The notes under the pieces were generated by a model. That model had not been told where the DNA came from, made no database searches, and worked only from the letters and a program-made list of their open reading frames with translations. Position numbers and translations under genes: made by a program. This document shows, in pieces, positions 52,101 to 64,000 of a stretch of DNA of 64,000 nt. The first letter of the stretch is position 1. Each line of letters starts with the position of its first letter. The stretch is from Selaginella moellendorffii (Eukaryota; Plantae; Lycopodiophyta), in assembly GCF_000143415.4 (NCBI RefSeq), contig NW_003314266.1:952463-1016462 (forward strand), read 5' to 3'.

Positions 52101-53829
52101 CATCGATGTGCCTAATTTGAGTATGAGTTCAAGTGGCATCTATGGCACTCTACAAGACTCCCTCTCCCTCCAGAGCATGCTCTATCACAGCCACATTTAG
52201 TGGGAGCCAACAACACCGCATTCTTTGCTAGCGGTGACTTATTTTTCACTTTTTCTTTGTTTTTCTTTTCTTTGTTTTTCTACTTTCTTTCATCTTCTAT
52301 TTTCTTTCTAGGACAAGGCTCTCTCCTGCAACAAGTTCCAGCCTGGGTTGTGGTCATGAGGTGGCATCAATCCCAATCATATGGGAGTTCATTGCATTTT
52401 CTTGACTCTGTCTCTATTTGTTTCTAGGTTCTTTTCATTCCCTTCAATCCACACTCTATTCTATTTCCATTCAATCAAAGTTACAAAATCATCCCTCAAT
52501 CACATCCTACATCATTGCCCATACCACAATCTAGATGCTGAATTTAAATCATTCTAATTTTCTCTATATGACATCAGTCTTTTATTAGATATCTTTACAT
52601 CACTTCATAATGGCCATCCTAAGCTATTATTAGCAATAGCAATCAGAAGGTTCAGATAAGCAAGTCTTATGCGATTGGAAGGAGTCCTAAGTGCCACTAG
52701 AACTCATATTCAGATTTTCACATTGATGCAAAGTTTGTAGTGTTGAGAGAATTCTGAATGTACAAACAATGCTGCCGTGAGATTTGGAGTGCCTTGGCTC
52801 TTTGTGCCGGCTGCTCCTAGAGGTACAAAAGTGATGTTGTCAAAGGAAAGACTCATCGTAGTCACTGGGAGAAATCTGGTAGCCTTACAAAGTGTTAATG
52901 TCCTCAGATGTAGTTGCGGATTTGTGTGTGCAAAGTCGCTGCAACTTGGCTAGATCTTTGTGGCCTAGAAAACACGTCCAAAGTCTCCATCATGATAGGA
53001 GAGTCAATGCTAGAAACCGGAGCAAAAGATGGTTTTAGCTTAGATGAGATTATGGTATAAATGATATTGGATTATCAATGAGATAATAAAAATGAACATA
53101 ACTTTAGCATAAAAGCCTAAAACATTGGTGGTACATTTGTGGTTGCTAAGTATGTTTAAGTTGGGACTCCATCATACACAAGGACCCACAACCAAACTAC
53201 TCTCCTTTGTTTTCTTTCTGTTTCTTCAATTTCCAACATATTTATTGGAGCCAAAGCAAAGCCAAAGATGGTTTCTAGTTAAGACGGGATTATGGTATAA
53301 ATGATATTGGATTACCAATAAGATAGCCCTTTCACTCTATATTTGTACCTCAATGGACTATTATCAAGTTGTTTGTTTTGGTTGTTTATAATAAAATATA
53401 TTTTTCTACAAGTTTACACTATTGTGAATGGAAGTTAAGAGTTACAACTCTTTCAAGAGCCCTATTCTCAAGACACCCTACTCTTCAAGTTTTGTCCAAC
53501 CAAAGTAAATTGGACTGCTAAATGTTAATATCAACATATAATATAATTCTCCCAACCAACCAATATAGTTGGTCGAATTGGTATAAGATATAAAGATGTA
53601 AGCTTTTAAATTTGGACTTCTTAGAAGATCATTATTCTTAGTATTGCTCAAACCTAAGAAAATTTAACTCTATATATCATAAAACCTTTTAATTAATTGA
53701 AAAAAGGGGTATGCTTTTATTCATAGGCCTTTTCTTTATATATTTAAACCCTAATAGATCATTTTTAAGTTGTTCCTATTGGTTACTTATAATTTAGTAT
53801 CAAAGTTTTTGTGTCAATTCTACTAAAGG

Positions 53830-55880
53830 ATAGAGGTAGATCATTTGGACATGGCTAATATGGGGTGTAAGCAAGTAAAGATAGAGATTGAATCACTTGT
53901 AAAGATGGAGCCTCTAATTAAATAGAAAGCAGTGGATGATGAATCCATGTACAAGGAGGATTCTAATAAGGAGACCTCCAAACATGAATTTGGGGATGAG
54001 GTTTTGTTGTCTAAGACTTGAGTGGATGCTTTGAAAAAACAATTGATATAGATTAATACTCTACTAAGTTAAAATATGATGAAAATAGAAAAAAAATATA
54101 AAAGACTATAAATGTTGGTAGTATAAAGGGTGATGACTAATGCTAAGGTAAAACAAAAAAAATTGAGCAAACTAAGGTGGAATTTATTTTACAAATAGTT
54201 CTCAAGTACAAACTAAAGCCTTCACTAGTTTTTAAAGGAATTAATGACTGTAGGGAGTAGAGGATTAATTTTATAATATAGAGAATTACTTCTTGAAAAA
54301 CCATATTTGATAAACAATGTTAAGTCTTAGTGAAAAATGATAGAGGCCAACAAAAGATTGGTGGCCACTTAAAAAGTGATAAAAGTTAGAATTAGAGCAA
54401 TTTATATTCTTTTGAATGCTACTTTATTTAAAGGATGAGTTGAGTAGGTTAAGGCAAACAAGAATCATTCAAGAATATGTAAATGCATTTACAGCCAAAA
54501 GGATTAGATATGGGTGACATAAATGTTTTCTATGTATTCATTTCAAGATTGCAAACTTATATTTAGGGCAAAGTGATACATTGGAACCCTACAAATTACA
54601 AGAAGACATTAGATATCAACACATATAAAGGGAATTCAGTTGGGTTTAAGTCCATATTTAGAAAAAGATTCAAACCTACAGTAACATATTAAAAGAGGAA
54701 ATTTAAAAAGAGTTTCTGTAGCGCACGTGGTTTTGACCCTTTATCCTATGGTGATTTACCATAGGATAACACCACGAAGCGGAACCTAAACCCTCTTTGT
54801 GCCACGTGACAGATGCCACGTGTCACATACCACGTGTCCATGCCACGTGTCCATAGGAACCCGAGGTTCAGGGCCTTGGGCCACTGAACGAAGGAACGGT
54901 GCCAAACTCCTAAGCATGGAGCCGAGGAGTGACAGAACCGAACCACGGAGCAACTCCCGAGCATGAAGCCCAAGGAGCGAAGGGACAGGAGCCCGGAGCG
55001 ACTTGGAACAGTCCTAGAGTAACCAGCATCCCAATGCCAGGACCAGCACGCAAAACGGAGCCAAACGGAGTCTGGCGCTATTTCAGCATACCGGTGGCCT
55101 AACGTGAGGACATGGGTACTCCACCAACTAGCATGGAATGGAACTTGGGCTTAGACCCAAGCCGGACGCAGAACAAGGACAGGCACGCAAGCGGGAGCTA
55201 GACTATGCCTCAGGTTGGTCGGCCATGCCCGACCTACCCACTATCCCTACTATACATTTGGAACCCCCCACAGCCCCCCCCCCTTGAGGAACACACGCTT
55301 TGGGCTTTCACCCAAAGCCTCCCTTAGTATCAGGAGTTAGTCTCTGGGACAAGCTCGAAACTTACTAAATATGGAATGTCCTTAAATTGCGAATTTGGAC
55401 ACGGGACGAACACCATTGTGTTCAAGCCGATCTCTACATTCCGTAGATATGCCAAATGAGCAAATCTGGACACTTTCCATAAATAGCATTTGGGACCGAA
55501 ATGAGACTAACACAAAGGGCATGATAGCGAGGGTGTTTGGCAGACACGGTAAGCTATCATGTAGCGATATTGAGGGACCAATCTCAATACGCGAGGGTTC
55601 TTGTCAAGCCAGTGCAAGACAGAGCAAAAGAGAACTAACAAGCCGGGCCAAGTATGCTCAGCTAAATAGACACTTAGGAATTCCTTCCTTATGCTCATCC
55701 GGCCAAGTACAGATGCAAAGTCCAGTTTACTAACACTTGAACAAGAGGGGCTAATAAAGGGAACCAGCAATACCGACCTCCTGCCATCGTGGCAGTAAGG
55801 TAAGAGTGTCCATAAGGACTAGTCGACAGGTAACTTTCGATACCCGAAGTCACATGCGCGACAGTTTCTTTAAGAATGAG
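53830..55880 (+). pseudogene. Heavily decayed gag related to the 12964-33306 element, interrupted by a solo LTR
   Basis: gttctcaagtacaaactaaagcc..gtttttaaagga ~ VPKYKPKPPPVFKG; ttggaaccctacaaattacaag ~ WNPTNYK; the KKSF|FKNE junction spans the solo LTR. Confidence 0.75.
54717..55863. mobile_element. Solo LTR (1147 bp)
   Basis: tgtagcgc...gcgcgaca termini; perfect 5-bp TSD GTTTC (54712-54716 / 55864-55868). Confidence 0.9.
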
Positions 55881-56562
55881 CCCTTAGCCTTTTAGAGAAG
55901 CATCTCAAACTCCATCTCAGGTCCATCTCGAATTCTATCTCAAAATCCATCTCAGGTTCATATCGGGTCCATCTAAGTAGTCTAGAGAATAATTGATGTT
56001 ACCATTACAATAAAATTGGTCATTTTGTGAGAGAATATTCATACTCAAACAATTAATATGACCATTAAAATAGCTGAACTTGTAATTAAGGTGTGTGACC
56101 TAGTCCTTAACTCAAAGTTACATAAGTAATTTTGATAGAGTCGCTTGGAACATATACTAACTCTTTAAGAGAAACTTAGAGGTAATTTTATTAATATTCT
56201 TATTGATATTAGTGTATAGTTGTAGACTACTAATACAATTGTTAAAGTATGACACCTTAATCCTCCTCCTCTCTGTGGCTCTACTCACATCTGGTCCCAT
56301 GAGAGCAAAATATCAAGGACTTACACTTTGTACCTTGAGCTAGAGCATAGAGAGAGAGAGCTTAGAAATATTCTAAGAATCAGATTATTTTATCTCTCTT
56401 AAGATGCCTATGGTTGCAACAAGTGACCACAATGGATCACCACAAGCTTGGATGTGGCAAGAATCCATGACCAAGTTGAATAAGTTTGATGCTAAGAGCT
56501 AGTAACTGCTACAAATGATAGAAATAGAAAAAAGACATTATACATACATTCCTCAACAGGGA

Positions 56563-57021
56563 TGGGGGGCTGTAAGGGGTTTCAAATATATAGTAGGGTT
56601 AGTGGGTAGGTCGTCTAGCTTGGGTCTAAGCCCAAGCTCTATATTATATTAGTTGGTAGAGTACCCATATCCTCGCGTTAGGATGCTGAAATAATGCCAG
56701 ACTCCATTTAACTCCATTTTGCTTGCTAGTCCTAGCATTAGGATGTTAGATGCTCTAAAATTGCTCCAAATCACTCAGCACCCCTATTCTTTTGCTCATT
56801 AAGTTGTATACTCAGAAGTTATTTTATGCTTCACTTCCTTCAATGCTTGGGAGTTTAGCTTTGTCCCTTCATTCAGTGGCCCAATGCTCTAAAACTTGGG
56901 TTTTGCTCTATTATCCATGGACACGTGGTATGTGATATATGGCATATGGAGGGTTTAGGTTCCACTTCATGATTATCCTATGATAAATCACAATAAAGAG
57001 TAAAAACCACTTGCAATATAA
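56563..57021 (-). repeat. Inverted, decayed partial copy of the solo-LTR family
   Basis: Its reverse complement resembles ~54720-55285 (ttgggcttagacccaagc, ccacgtgtccat, ggaacctaaaccct). Confidence 0.75.
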
Positions 57022-60000
57022 CGCTAAAGTCAGAAAAAATAACAAAGAGAGGAAAAAAAGGAAAAAGAAGAAAAAAAGAAAAGGGAAAACAAGATATAAA
57101 CTTGGACTTCAACCTTGTAAGTTTCCACACCTCCAAAAAATATTTTGAACATGCCTAACTCATCCTCTAAAGTTTCATGGAAGAAAGTGAAGTGAAGTGA
57201 ATGTATTGCATAATGAATATATGCCAAAAGAGATGAAAATTGTATGACAAGATAGATGGAATGGAAGCCATGTTGTGATAGATGGTAAAAAAGAGGACCA
57301 TGTGTAATATGATGTAGCAAGACTCGAAGTAGTAGCCAATATTCTATCGGGATTTTATATAGAGCGTGCTGCAACTTAGGATAAATTTTTGACATTCAAG
57401 AAGTTAAATTTTTATTGTATTGTATTGTTGAAAGTTTGCTTGATAGAGTGATGTTGAAAGATCCCAAGTACCATATGTGTATGGTGTGGAAAGGATGAAA
57501 AATAGAGATAAGGTATTTGTGAAGATGAAATGCAATGGTTGTAAAAGGGAATAAATGTAAGTCGATGGGAATGAAGAGGAGGATGTGCTACTAAAAGTGA
57601 TAGGGATAGAACCTAAGAACAAAGGGAAAAATCTGGGAAATGAATGAAATCTTGGAAAAGTGGAGTTAAGGCCACCCCAAAGCTAGAATCCAAGTTTGAG
57701 CTTGCATCTATAAGAGAAGGTTGCCTAGAAAGATGGAAAAACAAGTGAAAAAAAAGAAGTAAAGAAAAAAAAACTGTAAAACCAAAGAGAGGAGAGATTT
57801 CACCACAAGTGAAGATGGTAGTGAATTAAGTTTTTCCTAAGTGTGTTCATGAGGAAGTTTGCCTCTAGAGGACAAAGGGAATCCTGGAGAATGCCCTAGA
57901 TTCCACAAAAAGTCAAGCTGAAGTCAGGCATAATGATCTAAAGCTTGTGATGTCAAGAGAGTCCAGGATTGCAAGAGACATCAATATAAGACTTTGAGCA
58001 TGATGTCTGGTTGTGCTGGCTGCTCTTGGATGTGGAATGTTAGTGCTTCTGAAGAGGAGAAAGTCACCTTGAGTGTTTGTAGAAGTCTAGTGGGAGAACA
58101 AAGTGTCAATGCATGGGAAAGTTACTGTGACGGTGGTTGAATTGAATCTCCATGATGAGAATGGTGTTTGTGAAGGCCCTATACTTAAGGACACCATAGT
58201 GAGAATTGGAGATGAAATGAAGAAACCTAAAGCTGTATGACTATGTGATGCCATGTTAAAGCGATTGAATGGTGACTCCAAGGTGATGTGGAGCTGCTGC
58301 AGACTGAAGAAGGCTCCTTTGAGTGTTGTAGAAGTCATAAAAAGACTCCTAAGTGTGGCAAAAGTTGAAAAATAGGTTGGAGTTATGTTGCCATAACTTT
58401 GAGGGATGTGCCACATTGTGCTCCATAGCTAGCATGTGCCATATCCAAATGGTGTTGTGAGTAGCTTAGATCCTTGAGTGAGGCTCTTTGCTAGTGAGGA
58501 AAAAGATTTAGAGCTAAGATAGTAGATTGAGTGGTGATAAGAGTGTTGTCCATCAAGCTTGTGGGGATCCATGATAAAGTACATGGATTTGTGAGTGTGT
58601 CTTAGAAAGGTGAAGTTAGTAAACATGGTGGATATGAGGTCCAAATAAAGGACTCTAGAAAGTTAGAATCTCCTCAACGGGCCACTTGTTAGGAATTGTG
58701 TGATCCATGTTGTTCAATTTGTGTGGTTGAAGGAGATTCTGCCATGAGTGTGGAGGCTAGTGTCTTTGAGTTTCCCAAAGTCTTTTGATCACTGAAAGTT
58801 ATGGCCATGACTACTGAAACACCAACAATGTAATCACTCTCAATCACTACTTTCATGTTGTCCCTAACTCCAAGCTTGGCTAAAATTTCACCTGCTGTTG
58901 TTGAGAAGGCTGTGAACTCCTATGAAGCTTGGTCCTCAAATAAAGAGGTTGAGAAGTTGGTCACTACCGGTAGGAAAGATCACCACTTTTTGCTGCCATG
59001 AGCTGTGGAATGGAGCAAGGAGAAGAGCTGCATAAGATTGGCATGTGGCTGGATAAGAGCCTCCTAAATCCCTCTTGAATCGTTGGAAGTGCCCATGGCA
59101 AAACAGTCTAATCAAGTTTTCTCACCATGGGTATTTGACATATCTCTAAAATTGTGGTTGAAGCTTATATTGAAGCAAATTCTGATTGTGATGGGGATTG
59201 TATAGCATTAGAGTAGATGGTTGTGGATAGTTCAATAGTAGCATTGGGTGTAGAAACAATGTGGATGCTAAATCTGGCATCACATCCATCGACACTTGGG
59301 CATATGCTACTATCAACCCAAGGGGTCTCATCACTAGTGGATTTCATGGTGGTGGAATTTCAGCAAGTGAATTTACACTCCCTCACCAATCTTATCATCT
59401 TGGGATGCATATGGCACCTCCAAGCCAACATTGAGACATACTGGAAGAAGGGGATGATGCAAATTAATGACAAAATCACCACCAATAAGCTCTACAATGC
59501 TCATAGTTGTTTTTTGATGGAGAAGATTTTTACTCTTATTTCAAAGCTTAAGCCTACTTCTGTACCCAAGTGGACTGCTTTTCCAACTAAATTGGGCTTT
59601 TATCTTCCTTGAGCTCCTCGACACTCCATCATTGCCAGAAAGCACTGGGTGTAGAAACAATGTGGATGCTATTTTTAGCAATAGATATGGGGAACACCAT
59701 TCCTTAATACCCCTTCTTCAATCCCCATAAAGTCCCTTTCCATCTTTAGTAGTGCTCACCAACATCACCATTGGTATAGGTTCTAAAGGCCTATCCACTA
59801 AGTCCCACTAACTTTTAGTACTTCCTCACTATATAACTATGCCTTTAGTCCTTAAATAAAAGAACCATTCTTCTTCCTTTTTATGGTCTAAGACTTTAGA
59901 ATGACATTTCAAAACATCGTGGCCCAACACAAACTTCATAGGTACGTCCCCCATCTTTTGCCACTAGGGTGCCCCAACTATATGGTTAGCGTGAGGTTCC

Positions 60001-62475
60001 AATGAGCCCCATAAAGTATCTAAGTAAGTAGTGCCACCCATATTTGGATTGGGAGCATTGACTATTTAATTTCCTAGGGAGTTAGAGTTGGCTTTTGAAT
60101 ATTTCACCATGCTACCCCATTTATCCATTTATATTCAATTTAGCCTTCAACTCAATGGTTATATCATCACCCACCACGTAAATGTAGTTTTCCTTAGTCA
60201 CACTAGCCTTTCCTAGCCAAATTAGTTCCATTGGAATCCTCTTTCTATTATCCCATAGAGACTCACCAAACTTCCTAGGTTTTGGGAGACGATCACTTTA
60301 AGATTTCACCCTTGGACTTGGATTTAAACTCGGAATCCAAATTAGACTTGGACCCAAACTTTGTTTTAGTCTTGGTTTTGGTCTTAGCCTTTATTTTGAA
60401 CTCTATCTTAGACTTCTTCTTAGACTTCATCTTGGACTCTTTCTTAGACTCCTTCTCGGACTTTTACTCAAGCTTGGTCCCAACACTTTTATGTGTCACA
60501 ACACTTATGATGTGTTATAAGTGAGAGTGGAACTCCCAAAAGAGTGCTCGAAGAACGAACACAAAATGATCAATAAGAAAATTTCTAGAAAGGGACGGAA
60601 CCAACACATCAACTTTCCGAGTAGGAATTTTTAGTCCAAACATGTTACACTTGTTAAACTTCCCCCTTGGCCATTACCACATAACACTCTTTCAGCCCAA
60701 GTTTGGGATTTAAGGATTTATATCTTACAAGCAAGTTCCTTTTCCTTGCTCATTGATGGAGTGGCTTAGATTGTGCATTGTTAGAGTTGCTATTAATATC
60801 CATCTAGAGGTGGTTAAAGTGTGGAGTTATTAGTAAGTGGATGCTTTTAGACATGTTGGCTCCTGAACACATTGGCTCCTAAGAGGTTAAAGTTCTGGAT
60901 GGAGGCAATAATGCTGTTTTATTGAGTGTGTGTTTGCCTTGCAATGGGTACTCTATTAACAAAGTTGTTTTGATATTATCTATATTTATTGAAGTCTTAC
61001 CATTTTAAGCTCTTGAAGAATGATAATTTTTTGTTGGTGCCGTTGCAAAAGAGCTTGTTGTTGACACTCAAGGAGGTCTTTGTATTAGTGAAATTCTGTA
61101 ATGATAGATTCCAACATTGATGGTATTCTCTTTTCCACAACTTTAGGAGTAAGTTAGCAAAAAATCATTGTGATTGGATGCTTCAAGAGGTGGCTAGATT
61201 TATATTAAGCAACCTAAAAGACGAGGCAAAATTCCTTCTCAACCTCCTTCATATACTCAAAAGCTAGACAACACTTGATATTTTTACACTTGATGTTTGC
61301 GTTGGATGGGTACCTTCAATCCTTGGACAAAGGCAGCAACCACAATCTACTTTGTGAGGTTTGGGATTTGGGTGAGGCATAGCTTTCAGTGTTGCTTGAA
61401 CTACTAAATATACTCAATAATAGACTTATATAGTGCTTGGTAGAAGAAAAGAGCTCAGTGTGAAGTTATTGAAGACCCTTCAATAAAACAAAATGATTTT
61501 GCTTGCCTACATCCATTATGACACTATAAATTCCACTATATGACTTTATGTTGATGAAACTCTAAGTAGGAAGAGGTTTTATCTCAAAGTTTTACCTTTT
61601 TCACTATTTCCTGATGTAAGAAATAGTGTAGTTATTAAAAAAAAACATTTTAGGGCAATATGAGGGTTTAATAACTTGCCCAACAGCATTTGGCGGTAAA
61701 AAGAAGGATAAAAATTTGAATGTTAAATTTATCTTTTTTTTTAAATACTATAAGCCAATAGATACTAAATATTTTTAGTTCATACAATTAAATATCTTGT
61801 TCTAGTTTTTAATAGGAAATATATATTGGACACTATTATTAATTTATCTTAGCTTATTTATTCAAGAGATATAAACATAAGATCAAGAAAACCTATGATA
61901 GAAACTCAGAAAAAAAATTATAAATGACCAAAAGTTAGATATAAACTCAGTTTCTATCTTTATCTTTCTATACGTGAAAAAACTAATGTACAACTATATT
62001 AAATATATTCTTGTTCAACAAATGCCACAGTTAGTAGTTCTTTTAAAGATTACGTTAGATATTTAGTTATATACATTAAGTTTGTGCTTGTCTTTTCTTA
62101 AAGATACTAAGAATGTTTAGTAAGTAAAAGTGTTTTGTTAACTAAACTTTAATCTAATGTCTTGACAAAAAACACGCTTATAGGATCAGCCACACGACGT
62201 TTGCTCCTCTGGATTTAGGAGACGAGCTCGGACACGTCCAGCCTAACATTTAAACACCTAAAGGGCAAAAGGCAAATGCCTATGCCATTTTTCTCGCGAC
62301 CATCAATGTTAGATCGGATGAATCACACGAAACAATCGCCAAATTTGCAGTTGATTTCGTTTGTCTTCGACTTTAACAAGAGAATCTCCCGAGCGTGCTT
62401 CATTCTCGAAAGTCCCTGTACACCACCGTGCTACTTTCTCATCGCTAAAACCTCAAAAACATTTGCCAAGTTTTC

Positions 62476-64000
62476 TCAGCTTCCAGCTTCCATAGCCACC
62501 CCTTGCGAAAAATGCTGCTTCACTGCCTCGAGATCCAGCGCTCTCCCAGCTGCCCGAAACCCCCTCCTTAGAACTTTGTACGTGACTTCGTTTGGAGCAC
62601 AGCCTCTCTTCATCATCTCCTGGAAAACATCCCAGGCCGTGTCGACCATGGAAGAATCGATGAGACCCGTGATGAGAGCGCTGTAAGCCTGGACGTCGGG
62701 ATTCACTCCCAGCTTCACCATATCCTCCACAAGCTTCTTCGCCTCTGGGATCCTCCCAGCTTTCGCCAGAGAGTAGATGAGAGAGGTATAAGTGTGGCAC
62801 TCCGGAATGATACCCCTGTCGATCATCTCCTGGAACTGCAAGAAGGCCTCGCTCACCCGGCCTGCCTTCCCGAGACCATCGATCAAAATGGTGTAGCTCA
62901 CCAGCGTTGGAGGAACCTCCTCTTTCTCCAGCATCTCCTTGAACAAGGAGAAAGCGCGATCGGTCTTGCCATCTTTGAAGAGCCCGTGCATCAAAACGTT
63001 GAAAGTCACGGCGTTGGGCTTGATCCCACTCGCGACCATCCTGTCGTAAACACCAAAGGCCTGATCGACCCTCTCTAGCTTGACGTAGCCGTCCATGAGC
63101 GAGTTGTAAGCAAAGCAGTCGGGGCCGACACCCGACTTAGCCATGAGCTCCAAGATCTCGCCCGCGGCCTCCACGTTTCCAATCTTCGAGAAGTTCTGGA
63201 TGATAGTCCCGTACGTGAGAGCGTCGGGAGCGCAGCCTTTCTCGATCATGCTGTCAAAGACGTGCCGGGCCTCCGGAACTCTGCCGGTGCTGAAGAGCAA
63301 GTCGATGAGACTGGTGTAGAGGATAACATCCGGTGCACACCCTCTGGCTGTCATCTCCGTCAAGACTTGGTACGCTTCTTCGGCCCTTCCCTTCGACAAG
63401 TAATAGCTGAGTAGCGAGGTGAAGATGAAGAGCCCCGGCTCACACCCCCTCTCTCGCATTTGCGCGATCACCTCCTTGGCTTCGTTGATCATGTCGAGCT
63501 TGCAAAACCCATGCACGATCGATCCATACGTCACAGCCGTCGGCTCGGGTCCCTTGGTGAGCATCACGTCGAGTAGCTTCCGAGCCTCGTCCATCTTGCT
63601 GGCCTTGGAAAAGCCATCGATCAAAGTCGTGTAGGTGATGGTGTCCGGGACGCAGCCTTTCTGGACCATCTGCTCGAAAACTTTGCAAGCGTCGGGGAGC
63701 ATCTGTGCCTTGCAAAGCCCATCGATGACAACCGTGTACGTTGTTCTCGTCGGGACGCACGACGATCCACTCATCTCCTCAAAGTTCTTGAGACCATCTT
63801 CGATCCTGCCAGCTTTGAGGAGTCCATCGATCACTGCGGTGTAGGCCACCACGTTTGGAGAACAGCCCGCGGTCTTGAGCTCCTCGAAGAGCTCGCAGGC
63901 CTCGTCGATCCTCTTGGAGTCCGCCAGCCCCTTGATCACGGTGGTGTAAGAGATCACATCCAGGCTCGCTTTTGGAGTGACTGCGCGGAAGTAGCTAAGA
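62476..64000 (-). CDS. P-type pentatricopeptide repeat protein, 5' end beyond the window
   Basis: Continuous PPR repeats, open to the window edge; paralogue of 43643-45649. Confidence 0.92.
   Translation of the reverse strand, partial: LSYFRAVTPKASLDVISYTTVIKGLADSKRIDEACELFEELKTAGCSPNVVAYTAVIDGLLKAGRIEDGLKNFEEMSGSSCVPTRTTYTVVIDGLCKAQMLPDACKVFEQMVQKGCVPDTITYTTLIDGFSKASKMDEARKLLDVMLTKGPEPTAVTYGSIVHGFCKLDMINEAKEVIAQMRERGCEPGLFIFTSLLSYYLSKGRAEEAYQVLTEMTARGCAPDVILYTSLIDLLFSTGRVPEARHVFDSMIEKGCAPDALTYGTIIQNFSKIGNVEAAGEILELMAKSGVGPDCFAYNSLMDGYVKLERVDQAFGVYDRMVASGIKPNAVTFNVLMHGLFKDGKTDRAFSLFKEMLEKEEVPPTLVSYTILIDGLGKAGRVSEAFLQFQEMIDRGIIPECHTYTSLIYSLAKAGRIPEAKKLVEDMVKLGVNPDVQAYSALITGLIDSSMVDTAWDVFQEMMKRGCAPNEVTYKVLRRGFRAAGRALDLEAVKQHFSQGVAMEAGS

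Noticed and set aside
59650-61700. Possible further LTR, gag or Helitron debris
   Set aside because: Too decayed to define boundaries or family by eye.

Overview
Plant genomic window, most likely a lycophyte such as Selaginella (inferred from ~50-bp introns, intronless GC-rich PPR genes and TTTAGGG repeats), dominated by nested transposons. The main feature is a family of large (~12.8 kb) cut-and-paste DNA transposons with 24-bp TIRs, a 4-bp TSD and a Sola-like DDD transposase. Opposite the transposase is a long multi-exon gene predicted to fuse a ParB-like domain, a degenerate beta-class N6/N4 DNA-methyltransferase-like fold and an FCP1/NIF-type HAD phosphatase. The element also carries about 20 copies of a 22-bp palindrome (ATGGCRTG-N6-CAYGCCAT) in introns, intergenic DNA and coding sequence. 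Three members are present: copy A (1-3743, cut by the window edge, transposase open), copy B (20152-32968, complete but with disabled ORFs), and an older diverged relative (from 3744 to at least 12963) with its own palindrome variant and a captured TLP18.3 fragment. Copy B sits inside the 5' LTR of a chromodomain-containing Ty3/gypsy element (12964-33306), which itself sits in the old element. The rest of the window holds a Helitron plus a tail-to-tail non-autonomous derivative, two paralogous PPR genes, an AT-rich B-lectin-domain ORF, a solo LTR inside a decayed gag, and TE debris. Domain calls are from visual motif recognition only; no database searches were run.
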